Part shown: positions 1 to 12,084 of the stretch, in pieces
Layout of the letters: the number at the start of each line of letters is the position of its first letter
Numbering within the stretch: position 1 is the first letter of the stretch
Assembly: GCA_963676565.1 (NCBI GenBank)
Contig: OY781089.1
Location: 1,856,001 to 1,920,000, forward strand
Reading direction: 5' to 3'
DNA: 64,000 nucleotides
Source: Halarcobacter sp.
Lineage (GTDB): Bacteria; Campylobacterota; Campylobacteria; Campylobacterales; Arcobacteraceae
Notes under the pieces: generated by a model
Seen by the model: only the letters and a program-made list of their open reading frames with translations
Database searches by the model: none
Told to the model about the DNA's origin: nothing
Program-made: the position numbers and the translations under genes

Positions 1-130
1 TAAAGCACTTATGGATTTAGGTTCATACAGAGGTTTAAGACACAGAAAAGGTTTACCTTGTAGAGGGCAAAAGACTAAAACTAATGCCAGAACTAGAAAA
101 GGTAAAAAAAGAACTGTTGGTGCAGCATAA
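1..130 (+). CDS. rpsM: 30S ribosomal protein S13, 3' part (5' end outside window)
   Basis: Frame 2 reads [42 protein letters not shown], the S13 C-terminus; directly upstream of rpsK. Confidence 0.97.
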   Translation, partial: KALMDLGSYRGLRHRKGLPCRGQKTKTNARTRKGKKRTVGAA

Positions 131-142
131 TAAGGATAACGT

Positions 143-535
143 ATGGCAAAAAGAAAAGTAACTAGAAAAAAAATAGTAAAAAAGAATATTGCTGACGGTA
201 TTGTACATATTGCAGCAACGTTTAATAACACAATGGTAACAGTAACTGACAATGCAGGTAATGCAATCGCATGGTCAAGTGCTGGAAACTTAGGATTTAA
301 AGGTTCTAAAAAATCTACTCCATTCGCAGCTCAAGCAGCAGTTGAAGATGCAGTAACTAAAGCAAAAGAACATGGAATTAAAAATGTTGGTATTAAAATC
401 CAAGGTCCAGGTTCAGGTAGAGATACAGCAGTTAAATCTGTTGGAGCTATAGAAGGTATTTCTGTTAGATGGTTTAAGGATGTAACACCTTTACCACATA
501 ACGGTTGTAGACCTCCTAAAAGAAGAAGAGTGTAA
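143..535 (+). CDS. rpsK: 30S ribosomal protein S11
   Basis: [14 protein letters not shown] and [18 protein letters not shown] motifs. Confidence 0.99.
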   Translation: MAKRKVTRKKIVKKNIADGIVHIAATFNNTMVTVTDNAGNAIAWSSAGNLGFKGSKKSTPFAAQAAVEDAVTKAKEHGIKNVGIKIQGPGSGRDTAVKSVGAIEGISVRWFKDVTPLPHNGCRPPKRRRV

Positions 536-545
536 GGAGTAGTTA

Positions 546-1172
546 ATGGCAAGATATAGAGGACCAAGAGAAAAGATTGAAAGAAGATTAGACGCAGACC
601 TTGGATTAAAAGGTGAAAGAAGACTTAACGGAAAATCTGCACTAGAAAAAAGACCATTCGCTCCAGGACAACATGGACAAAGAAGAACTAAGATTTCTGA
701 ATATGGTTTACAATTAAGAGAAAAGCAAAAAGCTAAATATATGTATGGTGTTTCTGAGAAACAATTTAGAAAATACTTTAAAGAAGCTGTAAGAAGAGAT
801 GGTAATACAGGGGCAAACCTTATTACTTTAATCGAACAAAGATTAGATAACGTTGTTTATAGAATGGGATTTGCTACAACTAGAGCAAACGCTAGACAAT
901 TTACAACACATGGACACGTTTTAGTAGATGGTAAGAAAGTTGATATTCCTTCTTATGTTGTTAAACCAGGTCAAAAAATTGAAATTAAAGAAAAATCTAA
1001 ATCTAACCCACAAGTTGTAAGATCACTTGAATTAACTAACCAAACTGGTATGGTTGAATGGGTTGACGTAGATAAAGATAAAGTATTCGGAATTTTTACA
1101 AGAATCCCAACTAGAGAAGAAGTTGTTATTCCTGTTGAAGAAAGATTAATCGTAGAGTTATATTCTAAATAA
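546..1172 (+). CDS. rpsD: 30S ribosomal protein S4
   Basis: [39 protein letters not shown]. Confidence 0.99.
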   Translation: MARYRGPREKIERRLDADLGLKGERRLNGKSALEKRPFAPGQHGQRRTKISEYGLQLREKQKAKYMYGVSEKQFRKYFKEAVRRDGNTGANLITLIEQRLDNVVYRMGFATTRANARQFTTHGHVLVDGKKVDIPSYVVKPGQKIEIKEKSKSNPQVVRSLELTNQTGMVEWVDVDKDKVFGIFTRIPTREEVVIPVEERLIVELYSK

Positions 1173-1191
1173 TAAATAAAGGTAGCAGCGT

Positions 1192-2190
1192 ATGAAAAAA
1201 TTTGCAGACACTCCATTTTTACCAACAGAAGTTGAAATCGAAGCGATCAGTGATAACGAAGCTAAGATTTCTGCATACCCATTTGAAAGTGGTTTTGCAA
1301 TTACATTAGCGCATCCTTTAAGAAGATTACTACTATCTAGCTCGGTTGGATATGCTCCAATCGCAGTTAAGATTGAAGGTGCTTCTCACGAATTTGATTC
1401 GTTAAGAGGGATGCTAGAAGATATTGCTATTTTTATTATTAATCTTAAGAACATAAAATTTAAAATTAATGGTGATGAAGATCAAGTTGTTGTTGAATAC
1501 TCTTTTGATGGTCCAAAAGAGATTAAAGGTGAAGATTTAGTAAACTCTGATGTTGAAGTAGTTTCTCCAGATGTTCACTTAGCTACAATTAACAGTGACT
1601 GTAACTTAACATTTTCTGTAATTATTCAAAGAGGTATTGGTTATATGCCATCTGAAGATATCAGAGAAATGATTAGTTCAGATTTCATTCCACTAGATGC
1701 TTTCTTTACACCAGTAAAAAAAGTAGTTTACGATATCGAAAAAATGTTAGTTGAAGATAACCCTAACTTTGAAAAAGCTGTATTTAACGTACAAACAAAT
1801 GGACAAATTACTCCAATTGCTGCATTTAAAGAAGCAGTATCTGTTATGTATTCACAAATGTCAGTATTTAACAAAGTATTTGATTTATCTGAAGTAACAG
1901 TTAGTGATGCAGGTGAAGAGCCAGTAGAACTAAAAGATTTAATTGTAAAAATTGATGATTTAAATCTAAGTGCTAGAAGTTTCAACTCTTTAGATAGAGC
2001 TGGACTTAAATTCCTAGGCGAATTAGTACTTATGAGCGAAGTAGAAGTTAAAAACATTAAAAATTTAGGAAAGAAATCATTTGATGAAATCCAAGAGAAA
2101 TTAGAGTCTTTAGGTTTCCCAATTGAAAATACTCTTCCTGAAAATGTTGCATCAGCTTTAAGAAGAAAATTAGAGCAACTAAAAGCATAA
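1192..2190 (+). CDS. rpoA: RNA polymerase alpha subunit
   Basis: PFESGFAITLAHPLRRLLLSS; C-terminal LSARSFNSL...KNLGKKS; operon position. Confidence 0.99.
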   Translation: MKKFADTPFLPTEVEIEAISDNEAKISAYPFESGFAITLAHPLRRLLLSSSVGYAPIAVKIEGASHEFDSLRGMLEDIAIFIINLKNIKFKINGDEDQVVVEYSFDGPKEIKGEDLVNSDVEVVSPDVHLATINSDCNLTFSVIIQRGIGYMPSEDIREMISSDFIPLDAFFTPVKKVVYDIEKMLVEDNPNFEKAVFNVQTNGQITPIAAFKEAVSVMYSQMSVFNKVFDLSEVTVSDAGEEPVELKDLIVKIDDLNLSARSFNSLDRAGLKFLGELVLMSEVEVKNIKNLGKKSFDEIQEKLESLGFPIENTLPENVASALRRKLEQLKA

Positions 2191-2203
2191 TTAAGGGTTA
2201 AAT

Positions 2204-2554
2204 ATGAGACATAAGCACGGATATAGAAGATTAAATAGAACTTCTTCTCATAGAAAAGCATTGTTAAAAAACATGGCAATTGCTATCATTGAGAGAGAAA
2301 AAATCGAAACAACTGTTCCAAAAGCAAAAGAATTAAAAAGATATATTGAGAGATTAGTAACAACTGCAAGAAATGCAGACTTTAACACACATAGAGCTGT
2401 ATTTGCTTTATTACAAGATAAAGAAGCTACAAAAAAACTAATCAATGAAATTGCACCAAAGTATGAAGACAGAAATGGTGGATATACTTCAATTGTAAAA
2501 ACAAGAATCAGAAGAGGGGATGCTACTCCAATGGCATTCATCTCTTTCGTATAA
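2204..2554 (+). CDS. rplQ: 50S ribosomal protein L17
   Basis: [34 protein letters not shown]. Confidence 0.99.
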   Translation: MRHKHGYRRLNRTSSHRKALLKNMAIAIIEREKIETTVPKAKELKRYIERLVTTARNADFNTHRAVFALLQDKEATKKLINEIAPKYEDRNGGYTSIVKTRIRRGDATPMAFISFV

Positions 2555-2575
2555 TCTTTAGATTTTACATCTTTC

Positions 2576-2608
2576 AAAAGGGAGTAAGTTTTCTTACTCC
2601 CTTTTTTT
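2576..2608 (+). terminator. Intrinsic terminator of the alpha operon
   Basis: AAAAGGGAGTAAG-TTTT-CTTACTCCCTTTTTTT hairpin plus T-run after rplQ. Confidence 0.9.
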
Positions 2609-2715
2609 ATTACTAAAAATTACAAATTTATTTCTTAAAAGTCATTTACCAGAATTTAATCATTTTTTTTATATAATAGCGCGCAATTATTATACATAAT
2701 TCCTAGGAGAATATA

Positions 2716-4074
2716 TTGATAACTCTAAAAGAAGCACTAAAGCTAAATAGTGAAGAAATCAAGAAAATACAAGAAGATATTGCTTTAAAAGTTAAGCAAA
2801 GCAATATTGGTGCTTATGTAGAGCAGCTTAAAAATGAAGAGCTTTCAACTTCTGGTGAAGGTATTCCTATTGCAATCAAAGATATTATAAATGTAAAAAA
2901 TTGGAATATTACATGTTGTAGTAACATTTTACAAGGTTATGTAAGTGCTTATGATGCAACTGTAATCAAAAATCTAAGAACTGCAGGATTAAGTCCATTT
3001 GGTAGAGCAAATATGGATGAATTCGCCATGGGAAGTAGTACAGATACTTCATGTTATGGAAAAACTTTAAACCCTCACAATGAAAATAAAACTGCTGGTG
3101 GAAGTAGTGGTGGAAGTGCTGCTGCTGTTGCTGGTGGTATTGCTATTGCTGCATTAGGAACTGATACAGGTGGTTCAGTTAGACAACCAGCAGCATACTG
3201 CGGAGTTGTTGGTATGAAACCAACTTATGGAAGAGTTTCAAGATATGGTGTTACGGCTTATTCATCTTCTTTAGACCAAGTTGGACCTATTACTCAAAAT
3301 GTAGAAGATGCGGCGATTTTATATGATATTATTTCTGGACATGATCCAATGGATTCAACTTCTGCAAATGTAGACTATACTCCTGTTACTCCAAACTTAG
3401 ATGGTGATAAAAAACTAAAAATCGCTGTTATAGATAACTTTGTTGAGCAAGCAAGTGAACCAATCAAAAAAGGTTTTGCTAAAGCAGTAAAAGACTTAGA
3501 AGAAGCTGGTCATGAAATAGTTCATAAAGAGATGCTTGATACAGAAAAGATTGTTTCAACTTATTATATTGTTGCAACTGCTGAAGCATCTGCAAACCTT
3601 GCTAGATTTGATGGTGTTAGATTTGGTAATAGAAAAGGTAATGGTGGACTAAAAGATATGTATGTTCAAACTAAATCTCAAGGATTTGGGGATGAAGTAC
3701 AAAAAAGAATCATGCTTGGTTCTTTCGTTTTAAGTTCAGGTTATTATGATGCATACTATATTAAAGCACAAAAGGTAAGACATCTTATTAAAGATATGTA
3801 TGAAGATATTTTTAAAGATGCAGATTTAATTCTTTCACCTGTTGCGCCAACAACTGCACCAGAATTTGGAAGTTTTAAAACTTCACTTGAAATGTATCTA
3901 AGTGATATTTATACAATCTCAGTAAACTTAGCAGGACTTCCTGCAATATCTCTTCCTGTAGATAAAGATGAAGATGGTATGCCAATTGGTTTACAATTAA
4001 TAGGAAAAGCGTATGATGAACAAACTATGTTCAATGGTGCTTTAGCATTAGAAAAAGCTGTTGATTACAAATAA
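2716..4074 (+). CDS. gatA: Asp/Glu-tRNA amidotransferase subunit A
   Basis: Amidase signature GGSSGGSAAAV, GTDTGGSVRQPA, SANLARFDGVRFG; TTG start after AGGAG. Confidence 0.97.
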   Translation: MITLKEALKLNSEEIKKIQEDIALKVKQSNIGAYVEQLKNEELSTSGEGIPIAIKDIINVKNWNITCCSNILQGYVSAYDATVIKNLRTAGLSPFGRANMDEFAMGSSTDTSCYGKTLNPHNENKTAGGSSGGSAAAVAGGIAIAALGTDTGGSVRQPAAYCGVVGMKPTYGRVSRYGVTAYSSSLDQVGPITQNVEDAAILYDIISGHDPMDSTSANVDYTPVTPNLDGDKKLKIAVIDNFVEQASEPIKKGFAKAVKDLEEAGHEIVHKEMLDTEKIVSTYYIVATAEASANLARFDGVRFGNRKGNGGLKDMYVQTKSQGFGDEVQKRIMLGSFVLSSGYYDAYYIKAQKVRHLIKDMYEDIFKDADLILSPVAPTTAPEFGSFKTSLEMYLSDIYTISVNLAGLPAISLPVDKDEDGMPIGLQLIGKAYDEQTMFNGALALEKAVDYK

Positions 4075-4077
4075 TAA

Positions 4078-5544
<1,467 letters not shown>

Positions 5545-5545
5545 A

Positions 5546-5687
5546 AAAAGAGGTTTATAACAGCCTCTTTTTCTAAATTTCTGCGTTATCGCAGAAATTT
5601 TCTCACTCACTTACTTTAGTAAGCTCCTATCAAAAATTTTACTCTAGCCTTGAACTTTAAAAAAATAGTTTATTCTAAACTTCTTTT
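5546..5687. repeat. About 140-bp palindromic MITE/REP-like intergenic element (may also terminate guaB)
   Basis: Imperfect ~36-nt terminal inverted repeats; internal hairpins AAAAAGAGG..CCTCTTTTT, AAATTTCTGCG-TTAT-CGCAGAAATTT, CTTACT-TT-AGTAAG. Confidence 0.65.
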
Positions 5688-5787
5688 AAAATAGTTAATT
5701 TATATATTTATGAATAATTTAGTTATTTTAAAAGTATTTAAATATTATACTAGATATACTTTTCTAAAATTATTTTGAGGAAAATTA

Positions 5788-6309
5788 ATGAACAATTTAA
5801 AATTATTATTGTTTAGCTTAGTTGTATTTGTTTTTACTGGCTGTATGTCATATCAGCCTTCCATCCCAGTTGATTATAAGGGAGATATAGCAAATATAAG
5901 GGATACTTCTATCATACATAGTAATCATAAAATTGACTTTTTCTATTTAGAAAAGATTAATGAAGATGAAATTTATAATAGCCGTTATAACACACTTGAT
6001 AAAAATTATGGTAGAGGTTTAACAATGTATCCATATTTGTTAAATCATGACGTTCCTACAAGAAAAGCAAAATTTACAATTGTAGGACGAACTGAGTATG
6101 CTGCTCCAATTTTAGCTTTAACAAATACTGTTTATGAAATAAAAGGTGTAATAGAATTTACTCCAGAAAAAAACAAACAATATGTTGTAAAAGGTTCATT
6201 AACTGAGAATGGTTCTATTGTATGGATTGAAAATGTTGATGATAATAAAATAGTTGGAAATAAAATTGAGGTTAAAGGGTCTACTGCACTTGGCTTCTTT
6301 GAAAAATAA
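5788..6309 (+). CDS. Hypothetical lipoprotein
   Basis: Hydrophobic signal ending in lipobox FTGC; GAGG RBS. Confidence 0.75.
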   Translation: MNNLKLLLFSLVVFVFTGCMSYQPSIPVDYKGDIANIRDTSIIHSNHKIDFFYLEKINEDEIYNSRYNTLDKNYGRGLTMYPYLLNHDVPTRKAKFTIVGRTEYAAPILALTNTVYEIKGVIEFTPEKNKQYVVKGSLTENGSIVWIENVDDNKIVGNKIEVKGSTALGFFEK

Positions 6310-6479
6310 AGAATTGATAAGTAAAAGGGGTAAAATGAAAAATTTAAAATAAAGGGGACAGGCACCTTTTCCCTTAAGTAAAAATATAGGGGTCAGGTAA
6401 TAACAATAACCATCAACAAAACTAATACTCCCTGAGTATAAAATAACACCTGAGAGAATGAATCTCCACTTTCATATTC

Positions 6480-6815
6480 TTAAAAAATAATACTCTTAGT
6501 GATTCCAAGAACTTGATTTAAAGTATCTTCATTTATTTTCTCTACAAACTTCACTTTTCTAGCATTGTAATCAATTGATTTAATTTGTTCAGTCATTATA
6601 AAGCCTGTTAGATTCTCACTTTTCACTTCAATATGAAAAGGAAAGTCTCTATTTGTATTTGTTATTGGACAAACTATTGATAAACCAAGTTTTTTATTAA
6701 AAGAAGTATTGCTAATAACTAATGCTGGTCTTCGCCCTTTTTGTTCATGTCCTGCTTGTGGATCAAAGGTGAGTATTACTAAGTCACCCTTTTCAGGAAT
6801 GTAGTTTTTTACCAT
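6480..6815 (-). CDS. mazF: PemK/MazF-family mRNA interferase toxin
   Basis: YIPEKGDLV..FDPQAGHEQKGRRPALVIS..CPIT..EQIKSID. Confidence 0.93.
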   Translation of the reverse strand: MVKNYIPEKGDLVILTFDPQAGHEQKGRRPALVISNTSFNKKLGLSIVCPITNTNRDFPFHIEVKSENLTGFIMTEQIKSIDYNARKVKFVEKINEDTLNQVLGITKSIIF

Positions 6816-7054
6816 TCTTCTTTTCCAACTGTTCCTATTATTTCTTCAGATGCTTTATAGTCATTAGGTACTTTGTCTAAAAGTGATTCAAGATTATACT
6901 CAGGAATATTTTGTTTAATAGGTTCAATAACAGCTTTCCCATCCACTATTGTAATATTTACATTATCACCAATATGTAGTTGTAACCTTTCCATTACATC
7001 TTTAGGAACTCTTAAACCTTGAGAATTACCCCATTTTGATATTTTGGCAGTCAT
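6809..7054 (-). CDS. mazE: AbrB/MazE-family antitoxin (start revised to ATG 7054 after AAGGAG)
   Basis: KWGNSQGLRVPK motif, C-terminal GKEEW; overlaps toxin start. Confidence 0.92.
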   Translation of the reverse strand: MTAKISKWGNSQGLRVPKDVMERLQLHIGDNVNITIVDGKAVIEPIKQNIPEYNLESLLDKVPNDYKASEEIIGTVGKEEW

Positions 7055-7257
7055 TTTAACTCCTTTATGTATATCCAAAGTATATCATTTTAGTTTTTAT
7101 ATGTCAAATTATAATTATATTATGTAGATATGAGATACCTTTTCCCTTAAGAAGATGTTTTTTAATTGCAAAATGTTTTGAAAATCTATATAATTTTTGG
7201 ATATAGAAGTTTTTTATAGAGCTTGAATTTAAATAAATATAAAAGGAATAAAAGATT

Positions 7258-7746
7258 ATGAAAATATTTAAGATTTTTATTTATAGTCTAACAATTTTTA
7301 CTATCTTTTCCTTATCCTTATTTGCAGACTCTTTAAATAAAAACAAAGAGATAGAAAAAGATAATATATCTACTAAAAACATAATTAAACTCGCAAAATC
7401 TAAACTTGGGAATCCTTATGTATACGCTAAAAGTGGACCAGATAGTTTTGACTGCTCTGGCTTTGTTTATTATATTTACAAAGAAAATAAAATAATCTTA
7501 CCAAGAACCTCTTTATCTCAATCACAAGTAGGAGAAAAAATTGCTCTTGAAGAACTTGAAAGAGGAGATTTAGTATTCTTTGATACAAGCTTAAAAGGTA
7601 AGGTAAATCATAGTGGAATATATCTAGGAAATGGAAAGTTTATTCATGCAAGCTCAGGAAAAGCAAACTCCGTGACTATTTCAGATGTATATGGGTGGTA
7701 TAAAGATAAGTTCAAATGGGGAATTAAAAAAAATACTTTAAATTAA
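7258..7746 (+). CDS. NlpC/P60 (C40) cell-wall peptidase
   Basis: Signal peptide; GNPYVYA..GPDSFDCSGF, LPRTS, HSGIYLGNGKFIHASS. Confidence 0.92.
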   Translation: MKIFKIFIYSLTIFTIFSLSLFADSLNKNKEIEKDNISTKNIIKLAKSKLGNPYVYAKSGPDSFDCSGFVYYIYKENKIILPRTSLSQSQVGEKIALEELERGDLVFFDTSLKGKVNHSGIYLGNGKFIHASSGKANSVTISDVYGWYKDKFKWGIKKNTLN

Positions 7747-7786
7747 TTAGCCACTATCTTAGTTCTTATGTTTTTTGATATAGTAT

Positions 7787-7825
7787 ATTCATGTTATATT
7801 CATATTTGATTCATGTTGAATTCAT
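7787..7825 (+). promoter_or_regulatory. Four ATTCAT direct repeats at 11-bp period (OmpR/PhoB-type binding site)
   Basis: ATTCAT at 7787, 7798, 7809, 7820, just upstream of a TAAAAT -10-like box and the 7873 gene. Confidence 0.6.
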
Positions 7826-7872
7826 AATAATAGTTTAAAATCGGTCTAAATTATTAATTTAGGAGAAGAATA

Positions 7873-8301
7873 ATGAGTAAAGGTAAAATTATTTTAGGTA
7901 TAGCTGTTGTAGCTGTCTTAATTCAGTTTATTCCTTATGGAAAGGATTATACAAATCCTCCAGTAGTAAGTGAGCCTCAATGGGATTCAATGCAAACAAA
8001 AGTGTTGTTTGATAAAGCTTGTGCAAACTGCCATTCAAATAAAACAACTTATCCATGGTATAGCAAAGTTGCACCTATTTCTTGGTTGGTTGCATTTGAC
8101 GTTGAAGAGGGTAGAGAACACTTTAATGTTTCTATGTGGGGAGCACAAAAAAAGAATAAAGGTGATGAGGCAGCAGAAGAAGTAGAAGATGGTGAAATGC
8201 CTCCTTTTTATTATCTTCCAACACATCCTGAAGCTAAACTTACTCAAGCTGAAACTCAACAACTTATTTTAGGTTTAGAAAAAACTTTTGGTAGAGAATA
8301 A
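7873..8301 (+). CDS. Haem-binding domain c-type cytochrome protein
   Basis: CANCH motif, [17 protein letters not shown]...HPEAKL. Confidence 0.88.
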   Translation: MSKGKIILGIAVVAVLIQFIPYGKDYTNPPVVSEPQWDSMQTKVLFDKACANCHSNKTTYPWYSKVAPISWLVAFDVEEGREHFNVSMWGAQKKNKGDEAAEEVEDGEMPPFYYLPTHPEAKLTQAETQQLILGLEKTFGRE

Positions 8302-8449
8302 AAGAATAAGAATACAGGAATAGGGGTCAGGTGATAATACATGGCTCCTTCTTTCCTTGTTCTTATTGAGAATATGTATACTTGAAAAATAGGCAAGAAT
8401 TAAACAGAGATAGATATAATCCTCTTTCCAAAAGTTTAAAAGCGAGGAA

Positions 8450-9061
8450 ATGATGAGATTAATATATGTAATGGATCCAATGTGTGCTTGGTGTTATGCT
8501 TTCCAACCAGAGTTAGAAGAGTTTTTAGAAAAACACCCTTCTCTTAATGTAGATTATATAATGGGTGGTTTAGCTCCTGACAATGACACTCCAATGGATG
8601 AGAATATGAAAAAAACTATCTCTTCTTATTGGGTAGAAATTGAAAAGAAAACACAAGTAACTTTTAATCATGATTATTGGAAATTAAATACTCCCTATCG
8701 TTCAACTTATCCTGCTTGTCGAGCTGTAATTACAGCAGAAACTTTAAAAAATAAAATCTCTAATGAAATGGCTAAGGCTATTCAATCAGCATATTATAAA
8801 GAAGCAAAAAATCCTTCTTTGAAAGAGACTTTAGTTAAGTGTGCAACTTCAATTGGCTTAGATGAAATACAATTTTTACAAACTTTTAACTCAATAGAGA
8901 CTGAACACAATCTTCTAGAACATTTAGATATTTCAGCTCAATTACAAGTAAGAGGTTTCCCTGCACTTTTTTATATAAAGGATAAGAATCAAGCTTATCC
9001 TTTAACATTAGGTTTTACTATAGCTTCTAACTTAGAAAAGCAGTTTAATAAAATTAAATAG
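8450..9061 (+). CDS. DsbA-family (FrnE-like) oxidoreductase
   Basis: DPMCAWC CxxC and GFP cis-Pro motif. Confidence 0.88.
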   Translation: MMRLIYVMDPMCAWCYAFQPELEEFLEKHPSLNVDYIMGGLAPDNDTPMDENMKKTISSYWVEIEKKTQVTFNHDYWKLNTPYRSTYPACRAVITAETLKNKISNEMAKAIQSAYYKEAKNPSLKETLVKCATSIGLDEIQFLQTFNSIETEHNLLEHLDISAQLQVRGFPALFYIKDKNQAYPLTLGFTIASNLEKQFNKIK

Positions 9062-9095
9062 ATATAATTCATTTTTTATCAAAAAGGAAAAGTTT

Positions 9096-9446
9096 GTGAA
9101 TGAAACTATCATTTATCCAATAATTGCAATAATGGCTTTTATAGCCTATAAAAAATATACTCAATACAAAGTATTAAAACTTGTTCCTTCTCTTCTTAAT
9201 GAAGGTGGACAAATCATTGATGTTAGAACAAAAGATGAGTTTGATTTAGCTTCTCATGATAAAAGTTTAAATATCCCATTAGAATCACTAAAAAATAGAA
9301 TGAAAGAGTTAGATAATACTAAACCTATAATTCTTTGTTGTGCAAGTGGCAGTAGAAGTGGGTTAGCAAGAAGGCTTCTTTTATCAAAAGGTTTTGAAAA
9401 TGTGCACAATGCAGGAACATGGCATTCTCTTGTGAGATTTCAATAA
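9096..9446 (+). CDS. Membrane-anchored rhodanese-like protein
   Basis: N-terminal TM; IIDVR..EF, NIPL, CASGSRS. Confidence 0.88.
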   Translation: MNETIIYPIIAIMAFIAYKKYTQYKVLKLVPSLLNEGGQIIDVRTKDEFDLASHDKSLNIPLESLKNRMKELDNTKPIILCCASGSRSGLARRLLLSKGFENVHNAGTWHSLVRFQ

Positions 9447-9588
9447 AATCTTTCCACTATTTTTTTCAAAAGTATATACTTAATTATATTTACCTTTTAT
9501 TCAGGTAAAATAGTTTTTTAATTAATACTTACATATGTTTTTATACTTTCAATTGTATTTACGCATAAATATTTAAGGAATAGATTTT

Positions 9589-10167
9589 ATGAGCGAAATA
9601 CAAAACAATTCAAAAAAATTATTAGTACTTAACAAACCAAAAGGTTATGTTGTAACAAGGTCCGATGATCTTGGTCGTAAAACAGTTTATGAGCTTTTAC
9701 CCAATTGGGTTTTTGATGATGAGTGGATGCCAATAGGGCGTTTAGATTTAGAGTCTAAAGGGCTACTTTTATTTACGCAAGATGGAAAAGTTGGAAACCT
9801 TTTAACCAAACCTGGATCTTGCATTAAGGTTTATGAAATTTGGGTTAGAGGATATGTAAATGATGAACACATCTCTTTAGCTATGAAAGGAGTTGATAGT
9901 AAGTATGGATTACTAAAAGCTCTTGAGGTTGAAAAGATTGGTATGGGTGGAGCAAAAACCAAACTTAGAGTTAAAATTAATGAAGGTAAAAACAGACATA
10001 TTAGAAGACTTTTTGGAACATTAAAAGATCCAAAATTTAATACGCCATTAAAGGTTTTAAACTTAACAAGAATAAGCATAGGAAGTTTTGATTTAAATAT
10101 AGAAAGTGGAAAGTGGCGTTATCTAACCCAAGAGGAAGAGATAAATTTACTTAAAAACCTTAGATAA
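9589..10167 (+). CDS. RsuA/RluE-family pseudouridine synthase, no S4 domain
   Basis: LNKPKGYV, GRLDLESKGLLLFT, EGKNRHIRR. Confidence 0.9.
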   Translation: MSEIQNNSKKLLVLNKPKGYVVTRSDDLGRKTVYELLPNWVFDDEWMPIGRLDLESKGLLLFTQDGKVGNLLTKPGSCIKVYEIWVRGYVNDEHISLAMKGVDSKYGLLKALEVEKIGMGGAKTKLRVKINEGKNRHIRRLFGTLKDPKFNTPLKVLNLTRISIGSFDLNIESGKWRYLTQEEEINLLKNLR

Positions 10168-10209
10168 TCAAAATATCAGCTATAATGACAAAAAAACACA
10201 AGGAAATAT

Positions 10210-10638
10210 ATGCCTAAGGGTAAAAAAACTATCATCAAAGAGATTAAATTATTAGATAATAATGAAATATTAATAAATGGAAAAGAGTACGTAATACTTG
10301 AATCAACAGAAGATATTCAAACAGCAAAAACGATGAAAATCTCTTCTAATGGAAATCGAATATTAAGATTTGATGATGAAAAGAAAAAAGCTAGAATTGA
10401 TGTTAAAAGAACTATAAATATTGTGAAGGTTACATTTTCTGATAAGGAAAGAGCAAAACAATTTAGTAAAACCAATGATAAAAATTTGATTCTAAAAGAT
10501 GATAAAAAAGAGATTATAGATACTTCAAATTCAATTATCAATGTAAGAGAAAAAGTTGCTATTTTACAAGATAAAAAAAGCGAAAATTACGATAAAAGAG
10601 TAGGGGAAACTATTTTCTATTTATTAGAAGATATATAG
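10210..10638 (+). CDS. Hypothetical basic protein
   Basis: 142-aa ORF with AAGGA RBS; no recognised motif. Confidence 0.6.
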   Translation: MPKGKKTIIKEIKLLDNNEILINGKEYVILESTEDIQTAKTMKISSNGNRILRFDDEKKKARIDVKRTINIVKVTFSDKERAKQFSKTNDKNLILKDDKKEIIDTSNSIINVREKVAILQDKKSENYDKRVGETIFYLLEDI

Positions 10639-10710
10639 AATAAAGTATTATTAAAAATATTTAAATGGGAGTATTAACCCTAGATAATTAACTGTGTTAA
10701 GGATCAATAT

Positions 10711-11220
10711 ATGACGTTTGAAAGAAAAATAGCAAAACTATTTCAACTAACAGATGAAAACTGGATGAAACATGCAAACCCTTGGAGTGTATGGACAAGA
10801 TATTCTGTTCTTCCTTTAATTGTATTAGCATTTTGGAGTCGTATTTGGATAGGTTGGTGGTGTCTCATTCCTGGCATCATTTCCCTATTATGGATGTTCT
10901 TTAATCCTATATTTTTCAAAAAACCTCGTTCAACAAAAAATTGGGCTTCTAAATCTGTATTGGGAGAAAGAGTTTTTTTAAATAGAGACAATATTGAAAT
11001 TCCAGATATTCACAAGACACCATTGTATGGCATTTTAAATACTATTTCTTCTATTGGTATGCTAATTTCAATTTATTCTGTTATCTACTATTGGATTTGG
11101 GGTGCAATTTTGGGTATTTCCTTGGCATACCTTGGAAAAAGTTGGTATTTAGATCGTATGGTTTGGTTATATGAAACAATGAAAACTCAAAATGAAGAGT
11201 ATCAAAAGTGGGAATACTAA
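10711..11220 (+). CDS. Conserved Trp-rich membrane protein (DUF6653-like)
   Basis: WMKHANPWSVWTR, WASKSVLGER, KSWYLDRMVWL. Confidence 0.7.
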   Translation: MTFERKIAKLFQLTDENWMKHANPWSVWTRYSVLPLIVLAFWSRIWIGWWCLIPGIISLLWMFFNPIFFKKPRSTKNWASKSVLGERVFLNRDNIEIPDIHKTPLYGILNTISSIGMLISIYSVIYYWIWGAILGISLAYLGKSWYLDRMVWLYETMKTQNEEYQKWEY

Positions 11221-11236
11221 AATATATGGTTTATAA

Positions 11237-11989
11237 TTATGATAAAAGGCTTAGATGTGAACTGTTATTTAAAGAGTTTAAATTTCCTTTTTCTCCATAT
11301 ATAGATGAACTATTAGGTTCTTTTATACTTAAATTTGCATTTTCAAGCTCTAAGGCTTGCTTCACATAATTTATAAGCCTACTACTGTCACTATTATTCA
11401 TATAATCTTCCAAAGCAGATAAAAAATCTTTTTCAAACTCTTTATCACTTTTTAATTTATCAGTAAGTTTATTAAAATCAACTTCTTTATCAGCATTTTT
11501 TAGATCAAATGTTATGTTGGCGCTTTTAAAAGAATTACTTTCGTATGAATTATATGTATATTTTAAACTCATACTTGATGTCTCTTTTGTACCTTCTCTT
11601 GTATAATTTTCATCTTCCCAAGGTAAGTGGATAGTTGTTTCATCTACTTTTGAAAAAATACTGTAGCTACCAATAACTTTATTCTTGTCATTTACAACAT
11701 CCAAAGAGTCATTTGTCAACTTTGATATCGTAAATTCTCCTGAGCCATCAACACCTTTTTCATAATCTTCAATAATATCTGAGACTTTATTAAGCCCTGT
11801 AGCTGCATTTTTTAACCAAGGATTTTCATTTAATTGTTCATTTGTAGGAATATACTCTTTTCTTTCTTCATTCACTTTTTTTTGAGCCGCACTTATGGCA
11901 TTTATAGTCTCTTCATCTAAAGGAGTTGGTTCAGGAAGTTCTTTTATCTCTCCATAAATTTGTGTCCAATAATTACTGTTTATTTGCAT
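11237..11989 (-). CDS. Hypothetical acidic protein
   Basis: 250-aa ORF with AAGGA RBS; no recognised motif. Confidence 0.65.
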   Translation of the reverse strand: MQINSNYWTQIYGEIKELPEPTPLDEETINAISAAQKKVNEERKEYIPTNEQLNENPWLKNAATGLNKVSDIIEDYEKGVDGSGEFTISKLTNDSLDVVNDKNKVIGSYSIFSKVDETTIHLPWEDENYTREGTKETSSMSLKYTYNSYESNSFKSANITFDLKNADKEVDFNKLTDKLKSDKEFEKDFLSALEDYMNNSDSSRLINYVKQALELENANLSIKEPNSSSIYGEKGNLNSLNNSSHLSLLS

Positions 11990-12084
11990 GACTAATCCTT
12001 GTAAACTATATTTAAGAATTGTAAAACTTTTATTTTTAAATATAGATTAAGTGAATAATAGTTCAGGTGATAACAATAATTTAA

